DNA of 59,660 nucleotides, counting the filler, from Sluysia triapertura (taxonomy: Eukaryota): the NCBI GenBank assembly GCA_046118255.1. It is 4 parts of 4 records of this genome, joined end to end, with 100 filler letters (N's around TTAATTAATTAA, not from the genome) between each part and the next. Parts side by side here need not be neighbours in the genome. Positions count along the whole stretch, not along the records: positions 14,965 to 30,446 come from JBJNIA010227015.1; positions 30,547 to 47,252 come from JBJNIA010198931.1; 2 more parts are not named here. One strand, given 5' to 3'. Positions 28,136 to 38,745 of this stretch are shown here, one piece after another. The notes beneath the pieces are model-generated. The model had not been told where the DNA came from and did not search any database. It worked only from the letters and a program-made list of their open reading frames with translations. Each line of letters opens with the position of its first letter. The first letter of the stretch is position 1. The translations under genes were made by a program, and so were the position numbers.

Positions 28136-28232
28136 TGATTCAACTGCAGTCAGAATACATACCAGTTAAGAATCAATCAGTTAATTGTGATTCAACTGCA
28201 GTCAGAATACATACCAGTTAAGAGTCAATCAG
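28136..28232 (+). repeat. Tandem duplication, 45-bp unit, period 52
   Basis: tgattcaactgcagtcagaatacataccagttaaga(a/g)tcaatcag at 28136 and 28188, one mismatch. Confidence 0.95.
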
Positions 28233-29384
28233 AATCAAATAAAATTCTATAATATTCCAGAAAATAATTTTTCTTTTTTTTTGGGAAATTATTTTCTTCC
28301 GAAAATTAACTTTAATTTTGAATTTTTTAAAGAATTTAAAGTGTTACAATGGATCTCAAGAACTATTCCCCCGATTCACAAACAAATTCTAATGAATATT
28401 GATTATTATATTGCTTATAATTGTGACAAAGCTATGTAACAATTTATGAAACAAATCAATAGAGAATTTTTTCCTTCCAGAACTACATGACATATAAGAA
28501 AGGTTTGTTGAGACCCATGTCTTACCAAAATCAAAATTTCATAATATTAGAATGAATAAAATTCTTGAAAATGGGATCTTGAACTTTCAGCAACAAGTAT
28601 TTGGCAGCATTATGTTTCTTTGAGTTAAAATGTACAGATTAAAACATGTGTTATGTTGAAACAATTGAAAGAAAAAGACTACCATAAGCTACCTGAACTT
28701 TTCAGACTTGCTGTGAGCAAGCGTCACTTCTGAATAAAAAGAATAACACTTTATTTTAATGACAATATTGAATATCGTAATTTTTATTACTATGCAGAAA
28801 ACATCACTACGCAGAAAAACATTTAAGATTTGAATAATAACTATTTGAGAAACAATTACTTGCTTTTCCGAATAATCATGGATTTTCCAAATAAATGATG
28901 ACCTTTATCTCGACATACATATCAAAAATTAAATAATGGATCTTGAATTGGAAAATTTCATCATACAAAATAGCCTCCTCACAGCTCAAATATCTTAGTT
29001 TATTAGTTTTGTCTATGTTCTGAAAATGTTCCTGACCTTAATGAAAGATGTAAAGTATTTCTTCGAAATATTGACCTTGAAAATTTGTGCAAGCATTTCA
29101 GATATGCGTGCAAGAAAATGATAATAATATTTGTAATTTGTATTTTGTTACATTTATCTTTTAATAAAATTTAATTATAAATATTCAAATAAACAGCTGT
29201 TATTTAACATTTGGTAGGTTCTTAGACTCGTATAGAACAAAAAGAGATAAAATAACAAAATTTTATATTAAAAGTATGTAGAGTTTATTTTTTAAATTTA
29301 ACTTCCGTTTACACCAAGACATTTTATAGCGCTTACCAAAAGCACAAACTCTATTTTGAAGAAATTCTGTTACACCTTGTGGTA

Positions 29385-29510
29385 AGCGTTTTCACAGTTT
29401 TTGGTAGGGAATTAACACCATATGCATCTTACAACCGATAAATGATCTCTTTTTGTTAGACATCTTTAAAAGCGAAAGAAACACATAGCGCTACAAAATT
29501 CAAATGTATC
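29385..29510 (-). mobile_element. Possible mariner N-terminal HTH relic
   Basis: Minus strand reads CSAMCFF..LTKEIIYRL*DAYGVNSLPKT, resembling the mariner EI..RL...YG...S.T helix-turn-helix. Confidence 0.3.
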
Positions 29511-30707
29511 ATACATTTTAAAACTGACATAAACATGTCAACACTTCATTTATATAATTTTGGTTAGTGATTTTTTTCACAGCAAAAAAATCTACAGATT
29601 AAAATGTACAGTAGGTAGATCTGTAATGATTTATAATGTAACAAAAAATAGACAGCATAATCACAAACACATTTCATCACAAATAAACACTTCATACATA
29701 AATAAATTACAAACACGGTCATAATAATTTACAATTACTATAATTTTACAATAATTATTATCATAATTATTAATAAAATAATAATAGCTATTATCATGAC
29801 TGTTCTAATAGTTACTATTACTATTGTTCTAATAATTATTATTCTAATAATTTTTTGTTTGTTGCTATGATAACTGTCGTCATTACATTGTTTAAAACTT
29901 TGTTATTGTTCAATTATTTATTAAGCCTTTACTAATGTCGTATGTTAAAATAAATCACTTTCATAAAGTTAATAGTACCTTCGCATCTTTATTTCACCTC
30001 TAATCGTTTAAATTCTGTGGACGAGCCCTTAATTACGTAAGTCTCGAATCACAGGCGAACTTGTGATAACGTATTTATGATGGTAGGTTAACACCTTTAA
30101 AGAGAACCGCATCTATTATTATTATTATTATTATTATTTATTAGAATTATAATTAGAATTATTTAATTGTTCCCTTCATTATTTTCATCATCATTATTAA
30201 TTTTCTAATATTGTTGTGTCTTTTAATACTTTTATTTTCCCAAATTATTAAATCAAAACTCAATAATCAAACAAACTCAAAACCTCAATATATTTGTTAT
30301 ATTATCAAAACTACAATCAGAGTATATAAATTATGACAATACGAATTGTCTTTATAAAAATGACAATATAAACTATTCTTTATAAAAAATGAATTATTCT
30401 TTTAAAAACAAATTATAACCAGGGGTGACACAACTTATTCAAACTTNNNNNNNNNNNNNNNNNNNNNNNNNNNNNNNNNNNNNNNNNNNNTTAATTAATT
30501 AANNNNNNNNNNNNNNNNNNNNNNNNNNNNNNNNNNNNNNNNNNNNGAGTTTGACTCAAGTGTAATACTTGAGTATAAAATAAAATGAGTTTAAGTGAAA
30601 GTTTAATACAATTTTATTATTGTATAATCCTAATATAAATAGCTTACTAGTTTTATGTGTTGATACAACAAATTTTCTTTTGTAGAAATTAAGTCCTTCT
30701 TCGAGAG

Positions 30708-30993
30708 TAATAGCTCCTGTTCCAAATAATAGCTTCTATTCTAAATAATAGTTTCTGTTCCCAAATAATAGCTTCTGTTTCCAAATAATGGTTTCTGTTC
30801 CCAAATAATAGTTTCTATTTCCAAATAATAGTTTCTGTTCCCAAATAATAGCTTCTGTTTCCAAATAATGGTTTCTGTTCCCAAATAATAGTTCAATCCA
30901 ATTGTAACTTTTGATCCAACGATTTCAATCCAATCAATAGTCTCGGTCCAATAATCTCAATCCAAAAATTTCGATCCAATAATTTCAACCCAA
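30708..30993 (+). repeat. 20-bp minisatellite (about 9 units) followed by a degenerate ~14-bp repeat
   Basis: ccaaataat(a/g)g(c/t)ttct(g/a)tt(c/t) at 30708-30893, then atttc(a/g)atccaa-like units to ~30993. Confidence 0.95.
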
Positions 30994-31152
30994 AGTAAAT
31001 AGTCCAGATAGAATCAATCCGTTCCGTGCAAACTGGTCCAAAAGATTTTTTAAAGAGAATTTGTTTTTTAGATTTATGTGAGTGTTTAGCTAACTTTCAG
31101 CTATTTATATATATATTTTTAGTGTCGATAAATTATTGAAGATATTAAAAGA

Positions 31153-31226
31153 TCAATTTGATTAATTAAAATTTTAGTAGCATATTTTTTATTTTCAATT
31201 TGATTAATTAAAATTTTAGTAGCATA
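31153..31226 (+). repeat. Direct repeat, period 42
   Basis: tcaatttgattaattaaaattttagtagcata at 31153 and 31195. Confidence 0.9.
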
Positions 31227-31893
31227 GTTTTTAATTTAAAAAATTTTTATCTAATATTTAAAACAAAATTAAATCGAGTTATTTTTATCTAAAATTTTGT
31301 CTGCTTTCTTTATCTAGAATTACAAAGTTTATAAATTATTTTTATCTAAATCAATTTTAAAAGTTTTGTCTACATTCTTTAATTAACTTAATTAATAATT
31401 TTGTTTATGTTAATTAATGAAATTTTAATTAATTAATATCTGTTTATTTTTGAATCATTATTTTTGATCTATTTACTTTAATGATCTTTTAGTATCTACA
31501 GTAGATATGAGCGCAATGTAAATTAATATATTATTATTATTAAGAAAAATTAAAAAATAAAATTTATAGGCCAAAAAAGTAAGTATAAATAGAATAACTT
31601 AAAACAGTTTAAAAAACAGACTAAGATCAAGAAAAAGAAATCAGAAAGCAGCAGACCAAAAAATTTTTGAAGCAGCAAATCTTTCAGCATTATTAAATCA
31701 TCAATTAGTGAAAAGTAGAAGATCTAGACGCAGCATAAATTAGTTATCATCAAGAATCAGAAATCTAATATTTCCATAATTTTATTATGATGAGCAAAGA
31801 TATCAATGATATCAAAAATTTTTTTAGCATTAAGTTTTACATATTACCCTAAGTGGAATATTTAAAATCATAGGAGAATTTCGATATACTTTT

Positions 31894-32330
31894 TCAACAC
31901 CTTAAAGAAAAGGTTGAGTAACTTATAATTTTAAATTTTATAATCAATCTAGTGATTGAATTATCAAAATTATATTATTATACATTTGTTTTTTGTAATC
32001 TAGTTTTTAGTATTTGATAAGTAAAAATAAAATATTGGAGGCTTCGATAGCCTTTTCATTGAGAATTTCACACAACTAAATAAATCATTAAAATACTTAT
32101 TTTCGTAACAACACTTTAATAAAAGGGTTGTGAAAAATAAATAAAATATCCTTTTTAATACAACATCTCAGTAAGAGAGTTGTGTAATTTATTTTATTTT
32201 AACAACACCTTAATAAAAGGGTTGTGTAACCTAATTAAATTCAAAAGATTTAAGTAGACAAGTCGAGTTTATTTAGTTGTAATTTAAGCTAAGTTACTTA
32301 AATTTAAAAATCCTAATAGTGCGTCTCCAG
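31894..32330 (-). repeat. Four-hairpin array, ACAAC/GTTGT variant
   Basis: 24-bp imperfect palindromes at 31894, 32108, 32160 and 32202. The flank 32230-32330 (reverse complement) aligns with 38172-38280. Confidence 0.8.
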
Positions 32331-32387
32331 AATTGGTATAAAACATACATATTAGGTGAACTAAACCCTCGGATAATTTGTTGATAA

Positions 32388-32549
32388 TGTTAGACTTCGT
32401 AAAATGGACTGACCGGGGATCGAACCCGGGACCTTCGATGCGCAGTGCGAATGCTCTACCACTGAGCTATCAGCCACGTCTAACAATTTCATTTTTTTTT
32501 ATTATATTCAATTTTACCAAATGGCACTTTTAGGCCTTTTACCCCAACA
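32388..32549 (-). mobile_element. tRNA-containing mini-element, copy A (TGTT...AACA ends, ATAA TSD)
   Basis: ataa|tgttagac...ccccaaca|ataa. Homologous over its full length to 51702-51856 and 57853-58012. Confidence 0.92.
32405..32476 (-). tRNA. tRNA-like gene or pseudo-tRNA (Ala-type T arm, aberrant anticodon arm) in copy A
   Basis: TGGCTGA TA GCTC AGTGGTA GAGC A TTCG CACTGCGCAT CGAA GGTC CCGGG TTCGATC CCCGG TCAGTCC A, followed by TTTT. A and B boxes intact. Confidence 0.75.
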
Positions 32550-34166
32550 ATAAGTGTAAGTTAAATTATAAAAACATCAGCAAAACATAAACCTATAAAT
32601 GCAACAATTTATTCTTAATAACACATAGTTATCAATAAGGGTTCAAAATAGTTATCTAAATTTTCAAGAAATTTTTCAACATAATTTTGTTCTCTAATAA
32701 AAGGAATCTTTTAGCGGAACTATCCTTCATTAATTGAAGGATATACGTTTTTGCTTGGATTATCCTGTGTGATATATTCAATTTTTGGACATGGTATTCG
32801 AAATATGCATTAAAATATTGCTGTTTTTTGAACAAATTATCTTAAGTTAACTCTTGATAAGTATTCAACTATATCTAACTTAAAATCACTTCAATTTTAT
32901 CAAAAGTTAAGAATAATTCCTGACTTAATATTAATTTTTAAATACATAAAATTATACTGAAGGAAATCTTTAGATTCAAAGTGTATTTATATTATAATTA
33001 TAATTATAATTATAATTATAATTATAATAATAATTATTAAATTCGTTATTTTCTATATTGTATAACTTTTATCTACCGTTTGTTAAATAAAATTAAAAAT
33101 GGAGTTATTTTACTTATTTGTAAACTGATAGTTAAAATAATAAAGTGAAAGCTTTTAATTAGTAATAGGATATTGATTAACCATAAATTTTGGAACTACT
33201 TTGAGAAAACTTAATATCTGGTTACGTTGAGTCTAATAGAAGTATTATAAATAAGTTCGAAATTATAAATTTGGATAATTAACTAGCTAGGTGTTAAAAA
33301 ATATTTGTCATTGAATAAAATTATACTTTGATTTTGCATATTGATTTAAGGACCATCCTTCGCAGAAAACTGACTTATACCTGTAACCATGTCTTCCATA
33401 AGGATATTAATCGCAGGATTACAGATGAACCCCTAGAATATATTAATTATAATTGTTGTGTTTGGGAAAAACAAGAAAAAACACAGCATTATTCTATAAG
33501 TTACTTCATCCTTTACCAAAACCAACGGAAACAATTCTATTATAACAATTTTTCCATACCTAATTACAGACACGCCTATTACACGTTTTAAGTTTTGTGC
33601 TGTAACTGGACTCTGATAAAATTTATTTTGCCTTAGGGTAATAATAAGAAGCACCACAGTGAATAACCTGCTTCGTCAAAAAATATAACAGTTTTAAATT
33701 TAGTTTGTTTTAGCATATTTTTACATTAATTTTTAAATTTAAAAATTAAAAATAACCGTTTCAAAGTTTTTAAGCTTAATTTATCAAATGATTTTAATGC
33801 AAATTTTTAGATGTGATAGTTTCCAAAATGTATTTTTAAATTTCAAAAATATTATAGCTCTAAATACAATATTTAGTTCTAAATACAAATAGTCTATCGA
33901 TTTATCATTATACAGAATTTATACTCCAATATATATATTTCTTATTATTTTAAAATTTATTTAATGCGTACAATTTTATAAACTATCCAAATAAAATAAT
34001 GTTTATTGTTTTAATAAATACAAACGTATAATAAATTTTTGTGTCACATATTTTGTATCTATTTATGTTATTAATTGAATATTTCTAATTTAAAATTATT
34101 TATGTTTTATTTTTTCAATTTTATTTGCTACTCGTTTTCCATTGATTTTTTTCTTTATTGTTATAA

Positions 34167-34847
34167 ATGTATTTTTATCTTGCTTTGTTTATAGTTTTTC
34201 ATGCAGAATGTAGAAATCATGAAATTATTATAAAAGTATTGTTTTGTGCTTTGTTATTTTTATCTTCTTAGAATGACCAAAGAAGTTCTATTATGATTAA
34301 TCAGTTTGGTTACTACCCCAGAGGTTATATGCTATTTAATATGTCTAAATTTGAAGTTGAAAAAAATTCAATGTATCAGGTATAATTTTTTTGTATTTTA
34401 ACATCGATTTAGTACGGTTTTACGTTGGATGAAACATCCAATTTTGGAGTTGCATCTTATACTGTAATTTAGCAAAAATATTTTATTTAATTGATTAGGA
34501 AAGCTCAAACAAAAAATGTATGCTACAAAAGGAAGATTTTCCAAAAGAAAAATTTTCAGCAATCGTTATTAATTATGGCACGATAAATAATTCGTTAGTT
34601 TTTCATTTTACTTAATTGTTGTTTTAGATTTGTTATTGATAGGTTTGGGCATAAAAATGTAAAGAAAATGGAAGGAATTTTGTTTTATGCTAATTCAGAT
34701 TTTATACCAAAATATTTAAATCAAAGTCAAATATCAGATAAAATAAATATGACTATACATGGTAATGAACTTTTGAAGTCATTGGATTCAGTGATTAGTA
34801 AATGTGAAATAAATAATTCCTTGTATGTCGCTACGTATATTTTTGAG
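34167..34847 (+). CDS. GPR107: GPR107/GPR108 (LUSTR) homologue, exons 1-5: 34167-34235, 34272-34379, 34413-34463, 34499-34593, 34628-34847
   Basis: Four GT-AG introns of 36, 33, 35 and 34 nt join in phase to MYFYLALFIVFHAEC-RNHEIIIKNDQRSSIMINQFGYYPRGYMLFNMSKF..YGFTLDETSNFGVASYTESSNKKCMLQK. This is a signal peptide plus the family pattern R.H.L....D.R..I.LN.FGF...G.....S...GF.LD......SY.....C.L. Confidence 0.9.
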
Positions 34848-36006
34848 GTAAGTTTTTTGCGCTTGCTTGTAAACCTATTATTAATAAACTTGGAAATAAG
34901 TATAATTAGAAATTAAGGTCCAATAGGTCCCATTGTAATAATCACTTAAATATGATTGAAATCTGCAATGAAAATTTTTGATTTCGTGAAATTTGTAAAA
35001 ACTCAATAAATAATAACCGTTATGTGCTTGTGCAGTTGACGGCTCAACTTATTTGATTTAAGTGTCTAATGGGTGCCAATGTAATATTTTTTTGGTTGAC
35101 GAGATTTTAAAATTTGTGAAAAATAAACTTGAAGTAACAATATCATTTGCATCGTCTAGAGACAGTAACTATTAGACGTTTGTACTTTTGTACTTTTGCC
35201 AAATTTTTTCTAAAGTCATTCTTAGATTGCATTATAATTAGGAGATAATGTGAAGTTTCATTATTTTTATTTACTTAACGTACAATTATGTAATTTACTC
35301 AAAATTTCATTTGTCGAGTCACTGCAATTATTTTTAGATATGTTTGAAGGGCATGAAAGTTAATGGATTAATATTGCTGGATATTAACCTTTTCTATATT
35401 TAATTTTTTTCTTATTCCAAAGCGTTTATTTATTATTACAGTTTTGTATTCTAATTGTAACATTTTCTAATAAAAAATAATTATTGGTTGAAATTTAAGA
35501 ATCACATTCAATATCAGACCAAAATAGAATTTTCAAATTCATTCTGCAATTAACAATCTTATAACAAAATATTATCAATATATTTTAATAATATTTTAAT
35601 AATATTTAAATTTTAAACATCGGAATTTTGGTATAATATGTTATTGCATAATATAATTATGAAACATTTATTTAGTGATATGTTATGGTTTATAGAAGGT
35701 GAGGTCGTTACTCACTTATCATTTATTTGATCATTTATTAATATATTTATTAAATGAAAATTATAAAATTTAAATTTTGAGGAATTAAATTTCACGACGG
35801 CGTTACCCGATAAATTAGGGAGGATAGAAAACAAACGGAGATAACACACAAAGGTTTTATAGACATAAAATTTAATAGAATAAGAGATTGAATCACAAAA
35901 TGTAGAATTAATAGCAACAGTTACTTTATGCAATCTGATCAGGTAAGATGTGACAAAAGCTGTAGGCTTGAATTGACACTTTCGGTTTGGCATCTTCCAG
36001 TAGTAA

Positions 36007-36434
36007 GTTTGATGCGATGTCCGGTTTAATTTCACTTGTTTTAAATATTATATTAATTAGCTTTGGTACCATTGAATCGAATCTAGCTGGGTCTTGAACC
36101 TTTTGATTACGCATAACTTCATGTATATCATTCAAATTTCCATTTGTAATTATAATTTCAACATTTCCACAAAGATAAGGAACAATTTTCTACAAGCAAT
36201 ATTATTTAGATTATTTACTACCCTAAAGATCTTCGAACATTTTGTAATTTCTCGCTGGTAACATCGGCGTTGACAGCCATTGATTTGCCATTGTTTTCTT
36301 GCATTAACTGGCATTTTGAATTGTTCAATTGGTAGGTTTGATTCGATGTCCACTTTAATTTCACTTGTTTTACATATATTAATTAGCTTTGGTACGATTG
36401 CATCGACTCTAGTTGGACTTGAACTTTTGATTAC
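36007..36434 (-). repeat. Diverged ~100-bp duplication (offset 329) with coding character
   Basis: 36007-36110 versus 36336-36434. Peptides RFDSMVPKLINIIFKTSEIKPDIASNL and RVDAIVPKLINICKTSEIKVDIESNL. Confidence 0.85.
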
Positions 36435-37157
36435 ATACAACATCATGTTTATCACACAAATCTCCATTCCACGAAGATGAACTATTTCCATACACTTTCA
36501 CGAAGATGAACTATTGTTATACAACCAGCGTGATTTACTACTAGTTTCATGATAGTGTTTACTAAATTTTATTTCCACACTAGCTCTTGAAAGCTTTAGA
36601 ATATTTTGTAGTAGCTCATTGGCAAAAATATCCGCATTGTCTGTAATGTTTTCCTGCATTGACCAGTATTTTAAATTAATTCTTTTTACTAAGTAGATTA
36701 ATTTCTAATCTTAGTAGAGTATAAATATTGAAAAATTCAATTACGGAAATTCTACGCTGCCGTAATTTGAAAATTTCCATATTTTTAGTCAAAGAATTTT
36801 ATAAGTGTATACTAAACTTAGACTACATTATTGCAAGTGTTTTACTATGAAAGAGCTTATCTTACATTTACAAAATAATCTGAAGGTCAGTTCGCCTAAT
36901 TGATATGTTTATATTTTAAACAAACCTATCAGCATAATGAAGAAAATTAGAGTTCGCTTGCAACATACTACTTAAGATTGGCGTAGCTGCAAGTAACGTG
37001 AATATCGAATGCATATATATGGAGTAAATGAAGTGAATTCAAAACGGTGAATGTAGTTTGAAAAGAATTTGTACAATATACTCTACAGCTATATTTATAT
37101 TAAAAACTATGGTAATAAATAACGAATGTTACAAAATATATATTATTAAAAATACTA

Positions 37158-37484
37158 CTGTAAAATCTCGAGCATAAGCTGCAGCTAATACTTACATAAA
37201 GGCAACATTTTTGAATTGCAGCTAATATGATGTGCAGCTTATACAACTAAAAAACAATTCAAATTGAAGATAAGATTATTTATTTGCTGAACTAAAAGAT
37301 CTTCGTTGTTTCTTTTGTTTTTGTTCAGAATCGTTATCCATTTTAATCAAGGATTCAAAACAAAATGGTTATTGTTATTGTGGCATTTGTTTTTTAATGA
37401 TAGGTTGCTTATTTTAAAATCATGTGTCATCAACACAAATGGTGCAGCTAATACGCGCTGCAGCTTATGCTCGGGATTTTACAG
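37158..37484. mobile_element. Tc1/mariner-pogo type MITE, 28-bp TIRs, TA TSD
   Basis: ta|ctgtaaaatctcgagcataagctgcagc ... gctgcagcttatgctcgggattttacag|ta, one mismatch. Internal tgcagct(a/t)at repeats. Confidence 0.93.
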
Positions 37485-38171
37485 TAATAAAAATGATAAA
37501 ATAATTTAACAATACCAACAAAATTATGATAACAAAATGATAATCATAATAATAGTTTAAACTTGATAGACTTACGCCTCAATCGAACTTAAATAATATT
37601 TTAATGAGATTTTATTTTGGTTTTAAGCACCAACACAAATGAGTATGATTTTGAGTTAGATTTTGTAACTCCTATGTAAAATTAAGAGCTTTCAAACTTA
37701 CTTGATAAGGATTATATTGCTCTGATTGCGTAAATATTTTTTTGTATAAGCAAATATAAACAAATAATTTGTATGAACGAATAAAGACAATTATTTCGTA
37801 TGCACAAATGTAAACACGTAGCTCGTATAAACGAAAATGAAGAAATGCTATTAATGAAAATTCTACTGTTTTTATACTATTTTATTCATTTCAATCCAAT
37901 AAGAATGTTTTTATTATTTAAACCATTAATAACCATTAAAAATAAATGCATTAATTCTGTTAACATTATTTTGTAAAAATAATTCCATTATCAATTAATG
38001 TTTCTATTTAATTTTTTACATAAAATATTTTTCCATTAATATTTCTATTATTTCATTAATGTCTCCGTTTGCATTAACAATACAATTTAATGTTTATGAT
38101 AACAATTTTGAAATAATATCAATAACATAATATAATTTACAAATTTACAATAAGCACGGCTTAAATCTATG

Positions 38172-38582
38172 AAGAAGGCGTCCTATTAGGTTTTATCTGC
38201 GAGAGTAAGTTACGAGAATTAAGCAATAATGTATTCAGTATTTTTCGTCAACAGCTTAATGAATTTCAATGGATAGATTAAACTAGCCCATTATGGTCTA
38301 CCTTTAGAAAATAGTTTAAGTTAGCCGATTATGGTCTGGCGTACAAATCAAAATAGTTTAATGAATTTAACGTTAAGCTAGCCTTCTTAAGGTCTAGCAA
38401 ATTAATCAATATTTTTAATTCAAAGAAAATTTAAAATAAGCACTTAAAATTTATTGGACACAAAACGTTAAAATTATACACAATAAACAACAAGGATAAT
38501 AAAAATAATAATGTTAATTACTTAATTCATCAGTAATATATTAAATTTTAAATGGAAATTAAACTAGCCGTAAAAGTCTAGT
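38172..38582 (+). repeat. Four-hairpin array, GCTAG/CTAGC variant
   Basis: Units ttaa(a/g)ctagcc-N6-8-(g)gtctag at 38278, 38316, 38373 and 38559. An inverted homologue lies at 59134-59440. Confidence 0.85.
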
Positions 38583-38601
38583 ATTCAATTTAATATTTTA
38601 A

Positions 38602-38745
38602 CTCATAACTGGCCGCTAAAAATTCTTAATCGATTGTTTGATGGCAACACAAACAAAGTTATGTCAAAAAACATATTACTACGTCAGCGGCTTCTGGATT
38701 TCGTATAAAAAATGACGTATTACTACGTCAATGGTCAGTAATGAG
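38602..38745. mobile_element. piggyBac-type MITE (TTAA TSD)
   Basis: ttaa|ctcataactggcc ... ggtcagtaatgag|ttaa (11/13 TIR match). Internal tattactacgtca is repeated. Confidence 0.85.

Noticed and set aside
28340-29120. Coding-like decayed tract (also 55030-55990 and ORF 58098-58376)
   Set aside because: No family motif could be recognised by eye.
32388-32549. Ordinary tRNA gene or classical SINE
   Set aside because: Conserved sequence upstream of the tRNA, fixed TG...CA ends, 4-bp TSDs and no tail do not fit either.
33330-33695. IS630/Tc1-like motif KTVIFFDEAGYSLW on the minus strand
   Set aside because: Only one motif is present, with no second Asp, SPxxNPIE motif or TIRs.
38278-38398. 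CRISPR interpretation of the palindromic repeats with spacers
   Set aside because: The context is eukaryotic, there are no cas genes, spacing is irregular and spacers are homologous between loci.
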